Source: an uncultured Alcanivoracaceae bacterium (GTDB lineage: Bacteria; Pseudomonadota; Gammaproteobacteria; Xanthomonadales; Marinicellaceae). Taken from it: DNA of 39,888 bases. This document shows, in pieces, positions 16,045 to 25,297 of the stretch; the first letter of the stretch is position 1, and each line of letters starts with the position of its first letter. The stretch covers positions 1-39,888 of the forward strand of contig CAZQMH010000001.1 of the NCBI GenBank assembly GCA_964594435.1. The letters are read 5' to 3'. Under the pieces are notes generated by a model. That model did no database searches. It saw only the letters and a program-made list of their open reading frames with translations, and was not told where the DNA came from. The translations under genes and the position numbers were made by a program.

Positions 16045-17361
16045 ATGACCCAAAAAAACCATTCTTATCGTAAAATTTTTGCCATTGCTTTGCCAATGAT
16101 TGCCTCTGCCATTAGCGTACCTTTGTTGGGCATTGTTGATACCGCCATTCTTGGGCATTTGGATTCGCCTCAATACTTGGCAGCCATTAATGTGGCTACA
16201 ACGATTTTTAATATGCTATTTTGGGGTTTTGGTTTTTTAAAAATGAGCACCACTGGGCTTATTGCCCAATCTTATGGCAAAGGCAATTTTAAGCAGTCTG
16301 ACTTGCAGCTGAGCCAAGCCTTAGGCATTGCTCTTTTCATCTCCATCGTTATTATTGCTTTAAAATATCCTATTGCCAAGTTTTCATTGTTTAGCTTAGA
16401 TGCCGAGCCAAACATCAGTCATTTAACGCTAGAATATTACCACATACGTATTTTTTCTGCTCCTGCTACTTTGATGATTTATGTTTTTATGGGTTATTTT
16501 TTAGCGATTTCACAGGCTAAAAAAGTCCTTTCTATCATGTTGGTCAATCAAGTTGGCAACATGCTTTTTGATTATTTGTTGGTTATTCAGTTTCCACTTG
16601 GTATGGCGGGTGTTGCCTTTGGTTCACTGCTTTCTGAGTATTTAGCGTTGCTGTTGGCTTTTTATTATTTGGCACAAAGCTCTTATAAAGTGCCGAAATT
16701 ATCTGTATTTTATCATTGGTTAACAAATACGTCTGATTTAAAACAGTTTTTTGCTCTGAATCGAGATATTTTTATTCGCACCTTATGCTTAATGTTGGTT
16801 TTTGCCCTCATGACCAAAGGCAGTTCACGTCTAGGGGAAATCACTTTGGCAGCCAATGCGGTATTGTTGAATTTCTTTTATTTTATGTCCTATGCCACCG
16901 ATGGTTTTGCCCATGCGGTAGAATCGTTGTGCGGTCAAGCTTACGGTCGTGGCGATAAAAAAGGTTTGGTTTTAGTGGTTAACAGGGTGTTTATCATTGC
17001 CTTAACTTTAGCAAGTCTTTTCAGTCTTGTTTATCTGGTTTTCGGCGAAGAAATTGTGCGTTTGTTAACATCTCTAAAAGAAGTTCAAAATTATGCTTCA
17101 CAATATCTCTTGTGGCTTGCTATAATTCCAATGGTTGCCACCGCCAGTTTTGTTTATGATGGTGTGTTTGTGGCAACGACTCAAGGAAAAATTATGCGAA
17201 ACTCTATGCTATTGGCTACATTTTTTGCTTACCTTCCTTTGTGGTATTTGTTACAAACCTATGAAAACCATGGTTTATGGTTGGCATTTTTAGGTTTTTT
17301 TATTGTCAGAACAACAACCGTACATGTGTATTTTAAACTATGGATAAAAACATGGAAATAA
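16045..17361 (+). CDS. MATE-family efflux transporter (DinF-like)
   Basis: 12-TM architecture and an N-terminus typical of MATE/DinF proteins. The listed start at 16030 is GTG; the ATG at 16045 is preferred. Confidence 0.85.
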   Translation: MTQKNHSYRKIFAIALPMIASAISVPLLGIVDTAILGHLDSPQYLAAINVATTIFNMLFWGFGFLKMSTTGLIAQSYGKGNFKQSDLQLSQALGIALFISIVIIALKYPIAKFSLFSLDAEPNISHLTLEYYHIRIFSAPATLMIYVFMGYFLAISQAKKVLSIMLVNQVGNMLFDYLLVIQFPLGMAGVAFGSLLSEYLALLLAFYYLAQSSYKVPKLSVFYHWLTNTSDLKQFFALNRDIFIRTLCLMLVFALMTKGSSRLGEITLAANAVLLNFFYFMSYATDGFAHAVESLCGQAYGRGDKKGLVLVVNRVFIIALTLASLFSLVYLVFGEEIVRLLTSLKEVQNYASQYLLWLAIIPMVATASFVYDGVFVATTQGKIMRNSMLLATFFAYLPLWYLLQTYENHGLWLAFLGFFIVRTTTVHVYFKLWIKTWK

Positions 17362-19580
17362 TTAATCTATGCCAGATAAAAAGATTATTACTGGCGATTA
17401 TCGCTTTAGTATTGGCTTTCACGGCGAATGCTTACGATAAAAACCGACCCAAAATTGGCTTGGTGCTCTCTGGTGGCGGAGCACGGGGATTGGCACATAT
17501 TGGTGTGCTGCGTGCTTTGGAGAAAAAACACATTCCGATTGATTATATCGCTGGCACGTCAATGGGTAGCATAGTGGGCGGATTGTACGCAACGGGCATG
17601 AATACCGATGACTTGCAATGGGTGGTTAAATCTATTGATTGGGATCGTGTGTTTCGGGCAACAACCGACAGAAAAAAACAGCAATACAGTGCCAAACAAG
17701 CTGATAAAGATTACTTCGTCGATTTGGAGTTTGGGCTTTCGAAAGGTGGCCCTAAAAGCGGCAAGGGTTTTGCTGGTGGTCAACAACTGATGCTAGAACT
17801 GCAAAGGATTGTTGGTTCAATCAAAACTCAAAGCTTTGATGATTTTCCTATTCCATTTCGTGCCGTGGCAACCGATTTAAATGCTGCTGAGCCTTATGTG
17901 TTAGACCATGGAGATTTAGCGATGGCAATGCGGGCATCCATGGCTGTGCCTTTGGTTTTTGGTCCAGTCAAGTACCAAGGTCGATTTTTGGCTGATGGTG
18001 GCATTCTGAACAATTTGCCAGTTGATGTTGCCAAACAAATGGGGGCTGATATTGTTATTGCCGTCAATATTTCTACCCCTTTGGATAAAATTGATGAAAA
18101 TTCTTCGGTTATTTCTGTTTCCTACCAAAGTGTTGATGTGGCATTGGTGCAAAACACTATTCGTTCATTGGGCTTAGCAGATATTGTTATTGCTCCTGAT
18201 TTAAAAGATTTGGGGCCTTCTGATTTTGAAAAATATAAGGAATTTATTGCCGCAGGAGAACAAGCGGTTGTACAAAAATCTTTAGTTCTTGATTCTTTGA
18301 GTCTTAACTTAAATGATTATTTAACCTCTATAGATGCCCGAAAAATGCTTATCCAAGAAATACCTAAAGTGGTTGAATTTGTTAAGTTTACAGGCAACAA
18401 AAGAACATCTATGGAACGATTAAGACACAAAACCAAAAAACTAATCGGTAAACCGTATGTTTCGGCTGAAATTCAAGATTTGGCAGATGAAATTGCCGTT
18501 GATAACGACATTCTAACAGTCACTTATCGCGTGACAAAGAATGAAAATGAGCAATTGGGTATCGAGTTTACCATTCAAGAAAAAAACTGGGGACCCGATT
18601 ATCTAAAATTTGGACTGAAAGTGGCGGATGATTTTGACTCCAACACTCGTATATCTTTGTTGGCTCGTCACCACCGCTATAATATTAACCGCAAAGGTGG
18701 AGAATGGATAAATGACATTAGCATAGGTAGCGTTTTAAAGTGGCATTCTGAACTTAATCAGCCGATGGATTATGCTGACAAATACTTTTTAAGTGCCAAT
18801 ATTCAAATGTCGAAAGATTCAAGAAGATTTTATGGCAATATTTTTAATCCTTCACTCGTTGGTCAAAACATTCCTGAAGATTTTGATATTCAACCAACTG
18901 GCGAATACGACATAAAAGATTTTGCCATTGGTTTAGATTGGGGTGTCAACCTCACAGAAAACAGTGAATTTAGAGCAGGCTTGTGGTTTATGGATCAAAA
19001 TGTTGTTCCTGTTATCAATAATTCAGAGTTTGATACTGCTATTGCACGTTCAACCGGTATTCGCTTTCGTTATGGTTATGACTCGCTTGATAAATCAATT
19101 TATTCACGCTCCGGGGTCGATTTAAAAACTGAATTAGCGATTTTAGATGATGTTCAATGGCTAAACTTTGATATTTATCAGCGTTTTGAAGTTTCTGACA
19201 ATACCGCTATTCACTTAGGTTTTCAGGGTGACTTTGTTAACAATGCCAAAGATGGTGAGGTCTTATTTGCCTATGGCGGTTTGGATAATTTTGCTGGCTA
19301 TCCGCAGTATTCCCTGCTCGGCTTAAATGCTATGGTGGTGGAAATTGGCGCCTTTACCGAGCTAGAAAAAATTGATTTGCCAATTTTTGGCTCGCCAAAA
19401 CTTATTGTCAAAGGTCATCTGGGTAATGTTTGGCAACACCATATAAAATTTGAAGACATGCTTTACGGTTATTCGGCAGGTATTTCTTTGGATGTTGTCA
19501 ATACGGTTATGTTTTTAGGTACTGGCTATACCAAAAATGGAGATTTCCGCTTTTATTTACGTTTAGGTACGGGTTTTTGA
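17340..19580 (+). CDS. Patatin-like phospholipase autotransporter (PlpD-like, type Vd: patatin + POTRA + Omp85-type barrel)
   Basis: Signal peptide; patatin motifs GLVLSGGGARG, GTSMGS and the DGG catalytic Asp region; central POTRA-like segment; C-terminal beta-strand-rich domain ending in F. An alternative ATG at 17352 avoids most of the overlap with the MATE gene. Confidence 0.85.
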   Translation: MDKNMEIINLCQIKRLLLAIIALVLAFTANAYDKNRPKIGLVLSGGGARGLAHIGVLRALEKKHIPIDYIAGTSMGSIVGGLYATGMNTDDLQWVVKSIDWDRVFRATTDRKKQQYSAKQADKDYFVDLEFGLSKGGPKSGKGFAGGQQLMLELQRIVGSIKTQSFDDFPIPFRAVATDLNAAEPYVLDHGDLAMAMRASMAVPLVFGPVKYQGRFLADGGILNNLPVDVAKQMGADIVIAVNISTPLDKIDENSSVISVSYQSVDVALVQNTIRSLGLADIVIAPDLKDLGPSDFEKYKEFIAAGEQAVVQKSLVLDSLSLNLNDYLTSIDARKMLIQEIPKVVEFVKFTGNKRTSMERLRHKTKKLIGKPYVSAEIQDLADEIAVDNDILTVTYRVTKNENEQLGIEFTIQEKNWGPDYLKFGLKVADDFDSNTRISLLARHHRYNINRKGGEWINDISIGSVLKWHSELNQPMDYADKYFLSANIQMSKDSRRFYGNIFNPSLVGQNIPEDFDIQPTGEYDIKDFAIGLDWGVNLTENSEFRAGLWFMDQNVVPVINNSEFDTAIARSTGIRFRYGYDSLDKSIYSRSGVDLKTELAILDDVQWLNFDIYQRFEVSDNTAIHLGFQGDFVNNAKDGEVLFAYGGLDNFAGYPQYSLLGLNAMVVEIGAFTELEKIDLPIFGSPKLIVKGHLGNVWQHHIKFEDMLYGYSAGISLDVVNTVMFLGTGYTKNGDFRFYLRLGTGF

Positions 19581-19664
19581 TGCAAATCAAGGCATAATTT
19601 ACCGTCTCAACCGACAATGGTACCCGTTTCACTACCTAATTCTAGCCTCGATAGAGAAAATATT

Positions 19665-20027
19665 ATGAATTCAGAAAAAATTAAAAACCTTTTATTTGCA
19701 CTCAATAACTCAATTAAAACGATTGAGGATTCTGCTGTCGTGTTGAGCGATGGCTTTGTTATCGCTTCACATTTGGAGCACAATATTGATGAAGAAAAAT
19801 TAGGAACCATCAGTGCTGCCTTGTTTGGAATGGCAAATAAAGCCGCACAACAATTTGAAAAAGATGAAGCTCAGCATGTATTAATCAAATGCAACAGAAG
19901 TTATATCGCCATGTTTAAAATAGATGCAAATGCGGCACTGTTTGTTGATTTTGCCGCAGATGCAAAATTCGACAGCATTATTAGCGAAGCCATGAAGAGT
20001 TGCCAACTATTGGCAGAATTTGTTTAG
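19665..20027 (+). CDS. Roadblock/LC7 (MglB-like) domain protein
   Basis: AVVLSDGFVIAS...EEKLGTISAALFGMANKAAQQF...VLIKCNRSYIAMFKIDANAALFV fits the Robl/LC7 alpha-beta-alpha pattern. The ORF is open from 19617, but the ATG at 19665 is preceded by GAGAAAA. Confidence 0.6.
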   Translation: MNSEKIKNLLFALNNSIKTIEDSAVVLSDGFVIASHLEHNIDEEKLGTISAALFGMANKAAQQFEKDEAQHVLIKCNRSYIAMFKIDANAALFVDFAADAKFDSIISEAMKSCQLLAEFV

Positions 20028-20074
20028 CATCTGCCCTAAATAAGTTAGAATGAACGTTTTTTCGAGCGTTTATT

Positions 20075-20989
20075 ATGGCAATTCAGTGGTTTCCTGGGCA
20101 TATGTTCAAGGCGGGCAAAGAAATAAAGAAACGCCTCAGTGATGTTGATGTAGTCATCGAAATATTGGATGCGAGGATTCCTTTTTCCAGTCAAAACCCT
20201 TTATTGTTAGAGTTTGCTGCCAAAAAGCCAACAATAAAAGTCTTTAATAAAGCCGATTTAGCCAGTGCAGATGTGCTAGAGCAATGGCAAAACTATCTTC
20301 AGCAAGAAGCCAATATCAAAACGCTGGCAATCAGTTGCAAACAAGCAGATTCGGTAAAAAATATTTTAACTTTATGCCGTAAAATGTTCCCCAACAAGGG
20401 CAAACATCAGTTTATTTCTGCCATGATTATGGGCATTCCAAACGTCGGAAAATCGACTATCATTAATATTCTTGCCAACCGAATAGTAGCAAAAACAGGC
20501 AATGAACCAGCGGTAACAAAAGGGCAGCAACGCATCAACATCAGTGACGATATCGTCTTTTTTGATACGCCAGGCATGTTATGGCCAAAAATTGCCCACG
20601 AAAATTGGGCGTACCGTTTAGCACTTACTGGTGCGATTAAAGAAACAGCCATGACTCACGAAGACATTGCTTTTTTTCTCATCAACTTTTTAATGAAAAA
20701 CTATCCCAAGCACCTCGCCAGTCGTTTTGAAATTGCAGAACTAGCAGAGGATGAATACCAAATACTGGAACAGATTGGCAAGAAACGTGGTTGTATAAAA
20801 TCCAGAAATTTGCTTGATTTACACAAAGTTTCCAGTATTGTTGTGCATGAGTATCGAGCGGGTAATCTTGGGCACTTGTGTTTAGAATTGCCGAGTAATA
20901 TAGCCGCTGAAATCAAACACGTCAAAGCCCAAGAAGAACGGCGTGCTGCCAAAAAAAATGCTCGGAAAAAACGAAATCGCAGAAAATAA
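20075..20989 (+). CDS. rbgA: Ribosome biogenesis GTPase A (YlqF/RbgA), circularly permuted
   Basis: WFPGHM start; permuted motif order G4 NKADL, G1 GIPNVGKST, G3 DTPG; basic C-terminal tail. Confidence 0.9.
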   Translation: MAIQWFPGHMFKAGKEIKKRLSDVDVVIEILDARIPFSSQNPLLLEFAAKKPTIKVFNKADLASADVLEQWQNYLQQEANIKTLAISCKQADSVKNILTLCRKMFPNKGKHQFISAMIMGIPNVGKSTIINILANRIVAKTGNEPAVTKGQQRINISDDIVFFDTPGMLWPKIAHENWAYRLALTGAIKETAMTHEDIAFFLINFLMKNYPKHLASRFEIAELAEDEYQILEQIGKKRGCIKSRNLLDLHKVSSIVVHEYRAGNLGHLCLELPSNIAAEIKHVKAQEERRAAKKNARKKRNRRK

Positions 20990-21024
20990 AAAACCTTCTG
21001 ATATTGCTATCAGAAGGTTTTTTC
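20989..21024. terminator. Bidirectional Rho-independent terminator between convergent rbgA and the S8 protease gene
   Basis: AAAAA-CCTTCTGATA(20994-21003)-TTGC-TATCAGAAGG(21008-21017)-TTTTTT. Confidence 0.8.
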
Positions 21025-21033
21025 TGGTGTATC

Positions 21034-21070
21034 AATCCCAAATCCCGATTCTTTATCGGGATTTGGGATT
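21034..21070. repeat. Perfect 16-bp-stem palindrome of the CCCAAATCCCGA repeat family (REP-like)
   Basis: AATCCCAAATCCCGAT-TCTTT-ATCGGGATTTGGGATT, 8 nt beyond the protease stop codon. The same core recurs at 39699, 39812 (inverted) and 34919-34930 (inverted). Confidence 0.8.
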
Positions 21071-21077
21071 AATGACT

Positions 21078-24000
21078 TTACTGGTGTGGTTGACTCAATA
21101 ATTGCAGTGCCATATTGGTTCGGCTCCATGTGCCGCCTTCACTGCCTTGATAAGTAACATCAATACTCATGACACCATCACTGGCATTACCATTGGTGTT
21201 GCTTAAATTTAAGGTCAACGTTCCTGCATCAGTAAATACCAAGTCAGCAGGTGTGTCACTTCGTCCATAGCCAGTAATATCTTTCATGTTAATGACGATG
21301 TTTTGTGAAGCTTGGAAGCCAGATTGCGTGCCTTGAACCCAACGAGGATTCCCATTGGCATCAAAATAATAAACCGTCGCAATGGCTAAATCACCTGCAA
21401 AAGTTAAGGACAAACCCCAACCATCATCGTCACTACCTGTCCACCACGTGCCACCAAAGTCTTGGCTTGGGAAGTTTTCAGCACTGACGACAGGTTTTAC
21501 ACACCATTGTCCTGAATCTGAGCCAATACTCCAATTAGCCACGCCTGTAGAATTAGCAGAGCAATTTGCAGCCGTTACTGCGGAGTCATTAAAATCCAAA
21601 CTTAGGGTTCTAGTAACTGATGTATCTGCAACCAAAGGTGTATTTGATCCAGTTGGATCGACGCTATAATCATAGGTGAAGGCATTGAGAGTATCCGTTA
21701 ATTGACCATTTTCTAGGGTTGCTAGATGGGTAAACCAATCAGCAGTTCCATCATCGTGATAGGTGTAGAAAACGGTGAAGTATAAATCATTACCCAAAGG
21801 TTCGAGGACAAAACCATGACCATTATGGTTGGCATCGGCATAAAGCCCAGGTGCGGGGCCTATAGGCGAGGTATTAACCGTACAAACATTTGGTAATTCA
21901 ACATTTGGATAGTTGATGCTATCAATATAAAAACCTTCAAATTCCGATGCAGGATCAGAGGATAACTGCCACCTAACTTTAACATTTTGACCAGCGAAAG
22001 CACTCAAATCATGCGTTATTGTCTGGAATGATCCATTTGTGGCACTGAATGCTCCATGTGTTTTCGCATAACCACAAGCATTCACAACTCCACCATTGCC
22101 ATCATCTGATAATGAGAAATCGCTGGGGTAGCCACCAACTGGTGGTAAATCTGTCCACGTTGCTCCATCATCTGTTGAGATTTCTACCACAACACCATCC
22201 CATTTTTCTTCTAAATCATAAAAAGCTTTATATGATAAAGTGAGATTTGTTATATCTGCTGTTAATGGAATGGTATTGGTAACTATAGCCGCACAGGTAT
22301 CTGCTGGATAGTTGCCGTTAGAATCACCCGTCTTGTAACTTAGTACTCCGTCAGCGGCTTTGCTGGAAGCAACTTGCCAAGGGAAAGAAAGATTCATGAT
22401 AGCGACATTATCGACATCCTCAAGGGTAGGCGAAGGTGTAAATCCAGGAGCAACAGGCTGGCTTCTTACTTTGGAAGTACCTGTGGTTTCGTTTCCAGCG
22501 TTATCAACGGCTCTAACAACGTAATAAGAGGCTGTACCAGGTGCGCGAATATCATCATAACTTGTTCCTGTTACCGTAGTGAGTAAATTAGCCGCATTTG
22601 GGGTGAAGTCGTTTTCATCCGAGCGGTAAATATTGTACTTAGCGATAGAATTACCTGGACAACTGGCAGTTGCTGCTGACCATTGCAGTTTTGTTTGACA
22701 GGTCTCATTAACATTATTTACAACATGAATAGAGCTTTGTGAAAAGGCTGGCAGAAAGTCACAAGCCTGATTGGAAGTTACTTCCACACAAGCAGAAGAC
22801 AGTTCACCGAGTTCGCCGTATTGCCCAGCACGAATTTTATAAGCATATTGCAAGCCATTGAGGGTTCTAAAATCAGTAAATTCATTGTTCTCTGAGGTTC
22901 CTGCTAAACGTGCTTGTTTAAAATCAGCACTGGCACAGCTGCCTTGCATTTTATAAATTTCATAGAAATCAGCATTGTCTCCTCCATCCCAGGCAAGTTT
23001 TATACCATTATCTCCCTGCATATCAGCAGTAATAGCACTTATCGCAGTTAAATCCCCGCTGGGAGCAGATATATTATCCAAATGACCCGTTGCAATCAAA
23101 CCAAAACCTTGGCGGAAAGAGTTGATTTCTTCATCTCCTGGTATATTGAAACCTTTGATGGTAATGGTATAAACGCCTTGAGTTGGTGTTGGCAGTCTGA
23201 CTTGTTCCACCGTGTTAATATGGTCGAAATCTCCACCCGTACCAGAGGAAGCTGTACCATTAAAGACGTTACCCTTGTAAACTTGTCCGTTTACTTTAAC
23301 TTCTAAATCTATGTCATTAATAAGAGTCTTACTGCTACCAAAAGGACCAGGCACATCATACCAAGCGAGAGTTATGGCTAATGGCATGTCATCTTTTACC
23401 GCTAGTTTAAAGCTCATCGACTCGCCAGTTTTCAAACCATTGGCATTCAACACTTCCCAAACATGCATTTGCTTTTCGCTGTCATCAAACATAATAGAGT
23501 TGGATAAGAATACTCGTCCCCAGCCAATATCTTTATTGTAATGACCGCCGTCGATGCCAGCACCATTAATCAAGGTAGCTTTCATTAAAGCTCCCGATGG
23601 AATTTTACTGTCGGCTGCTGTTTTTACACCTGTTGGATAAAAACCATCGGTGTAGAATTGACGCATTAAAGCCGAAGCACCTGCGGTAATTGGGGTTGCC
23701 ATTGAGGTGCCACTCAGTTGCTTTCGTACTGGAGGAGTTATGGTCGTTGTATTTACAGAATTACCTGAGGCCGATTCAATTCTTGCACCTGTTGCCATAA
23801 TGTCTGGCTTCATACGTCCATCATCCGTTGGTCCGCTATTTGAAAATTGAGCAAAGAAAGGGCTGTTGCCATGAGCCAAAGCTCCAACTGTCGTTACACT
23901 TTTGCCATTAGCAGGAGAACCAACTGAATTTTCATCTGCACCATCATTTCCTGCGGCAAATAGAATTAACATATCTTCAAATTGGCGTAGAGACTTGTCG

Positions 24001-25277
24001 GCAAATAAGTCACTAAAAGAGTATTGACCGTTGGTATCCGAACCGTAGGAATTTGAATGAATTCTTGCTCCTGCCGCATGAGCTTGTTCCCACATAGGCG
24101 ATGAACCTTGACCTGAAAGACCATCGTTGCTGCCAATATCTTGAAATAATAGCTGAGCATTGGGTGCCATACCATCATCGTTATCATAGCCTGAACTTGT
24201 AGGAGAAGAAACGCTTCCAGCAGGTCCTGATCCTATAGCTAATTTTCTATCCCCAGCAACCGAACCATTAACATGTGTCCCATGAAAACCTGCACCACTG
24301 TGATCGTAAGCCACCGCACCTGGCATAACAAAATAACCAATAACCTTATTATTTGGATGCAAGGTACCAATAGCAGGTGGCGTGGTATTTTCTGCTTCTG
24401 TCACCGCATCAGTAACTGTAGTTCCATTATTATAATGAGCAAACCAGTCTTCATTACTATCCAGACCAGAGTCAGCGACTCCCACAATCTGCCCTGTACC
24501 AAATAGACCATGATCAAAAATTGATGTTTCTTCTGGCACGTATGTATCATTAGTAGGAAGACCTCCAGAGTCTTGGTTGCTTTGCACCGCAGCTGTTGCT
24601 TCAGCATTGTTAAACTTCATAGGATGCACAAGTTCGATGTATTGCACTTCTTCGATTTTCGCTAATTTTTCTAGTGCTTTATCAATTTGACTGTTCTTTA
24701 GGGTGATTACCATGCCATTGCTGTCATCGGTATAGATGTATTTGACGTGGGCTTCTGGAACAAATTTTCTTAGCAATAATTGATAATGCTCTTTGGAAAA
24801 ATCTTTAAAGATAGCCAGAAAAATTTCATAGTTCTCTTGTCTTTTGAGATTTTTTTGCCATAATTCTGGTGAAACCTTGAATGCCGACTGGTATTTTCCG
24901 TGCCAACGAATGTTTTTATTGTTTGCTAAATCTTTTTGTGCATTTGGGTTGTTGACCACAATAAAAGCATTATTGGCTAGATAAGAAACGACTTTAAAGC
25001 CATTATTACGTAACCATGCGGAGTCTGCATGGCCGTTCTCAAATTGAATAATACGGTATTTTTTTGATTGGATGTTGCTCACGCCTGATTTTGAAAAATC
25101 CAAGCTTTCACTCAATGGATCAAAAACCCCTGCATTTAAGACCAGTTGGTTCATCGTTGCATGTGAGCTTTCGGTCACGGTTGGTTGCTTGGCTTCACGT
25201 AAATTTTGTGCTGAATTTTCAGCATTTACCTGAAGTGTAAGTCCTATCACGGTGGATAGTATGAGTTTTTTAAACAT
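21078..25277 (-). CDS. Large secreted multidomain subtilisin-family (S8) serine protease
   Basis: Signal peptide MFKKLILSTVIGLTLQVNA; propeptide-like region; catalytic triad motifs GVADSGLD, HGTHVNGSVAG, SGTSMATPITAG; two FN3-like modules (IKLAWDGG..YEIYK, KLQWSAA..YNIYRS..YYVVRAVDNAGNE); MAM/CUB-like module (VVVEISTDDGATW...VKVRWQL); duplicated C-terminal W/Y-rich module. Strong SD AAGAGGGG upstream. Confidence 0.9.
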   Translation of the reverse strand: MFKKLILSTVIGLTLQVNAENSAQNLREAKQPTVTESSHATMNQLVLNAGVFDPLSESLDFSKSGVSNIQSKKYRIIQFENGHADSAWLRNNGFKVVSYLANNAFIVVNNPNAQKDLANNKNIRWHGKYQSAFKVSPELWQKNLKRQENYEIFLAIFKDFSKEHYQLLLRKFVPEAHVKYIYTDDSNGMVITLKNSQIDKALEKLAKIEEVQYIELVHPMKFNNAEATAAVQSNQDSGGLPTNDTYVPEETSIFDHGLFGTGQIVGVADSGLDSNEDWFAHYNNGTTVTDAVTEAENTTPPAIGTLHPNNKVIGYFVMPGAVAYDHSGAGFHGTHVNGSVAGDRKLAIGSGPAGSVSSPTSSGYDNDDGMAPNAQLLFQDIGSNDGLSGQGSSPMWEQAHAAGARIHSNSYGSDTNGQYSFSDLFADKSLRQFEDMLILFAAGNDGADENSVGSPANGKSVTTVGALAHGNSPFFAQFSNSGPTDDGRMKPDIMATGARIESASGNSVNTTTITPPVRKQLSGTSMATPITAGASALMRQFYTDGFYPTGVKTAADSKIPSGALMKATLINGAGIDGGHYNKDIGWGRVFLSNSIMFDDSEKQMHVWEVLNANGLKTGESMSFKLAVKDDMPLAITLAWYDVPGPFGSSKTLINDIDLEVKVNGQVYKGNVFNGTASSGTGGDFDHINTVEQVRLPTPTQGVYTITIKGFNIPGDEEINSFRQGFGLIATGHLDNISAPSGDLTAISAITADMQGDNGIKLAWDGGDNADFYEIYKMQGSCASADFKQARLAGTSENNEFTDFRTLNGLQYAYKIRAGQYGELGELSSACVEVTSNQACDFLPAFSQSSIHVVNNVNETCQTKLQWSAATASCPGNSIAKYNIYRSDENDFTPNAANLLTTVTGTSYDDIRAPGTASYYVVRAVDNAGNETTGTSKVRSQPVAPGFTPSPTLEDVDNVAIMNLSFPWQVASSKAADGVLSYKTGDSNGNYPADTCAAIVTNTIPLTADITNLTLSYKAFYDLEEKWDGVVVEISTDDGATWTDLPPVGGYPSDFSLSDDGNGGVVNACGYAKTHGAFSATNGSFQTITHDLSAFAGQNVKVRWQLSSDPASEFEGFYIDSINYPNVELPNVCTVNTSPIGPAPGLYADANHNGHGFVLEPLGNDLYFTVFYTYHDDGTADWFTHLATLENGQLTDTLNAFTYDYSVDPTGSNTPLVADTSVTRTLSLDFNDSAVTAANCSANSTGVANWSIGSDSGQWCVKPVVSAENFPSQDFGGTWWTGSDDDGWGLSLTFAGDLAIATVYYFDANGNPRWVQGTQSGFQASQNIVINMKDITGYGRSDTPADLVFTDAGTLTLNLSNTNGNASDGVMSIDVTYQGSEGGTWSRTNMALQLLSQPHQ

Positions 25278-25297
25278 TTCTGCCCCTCTTGTTAAAG

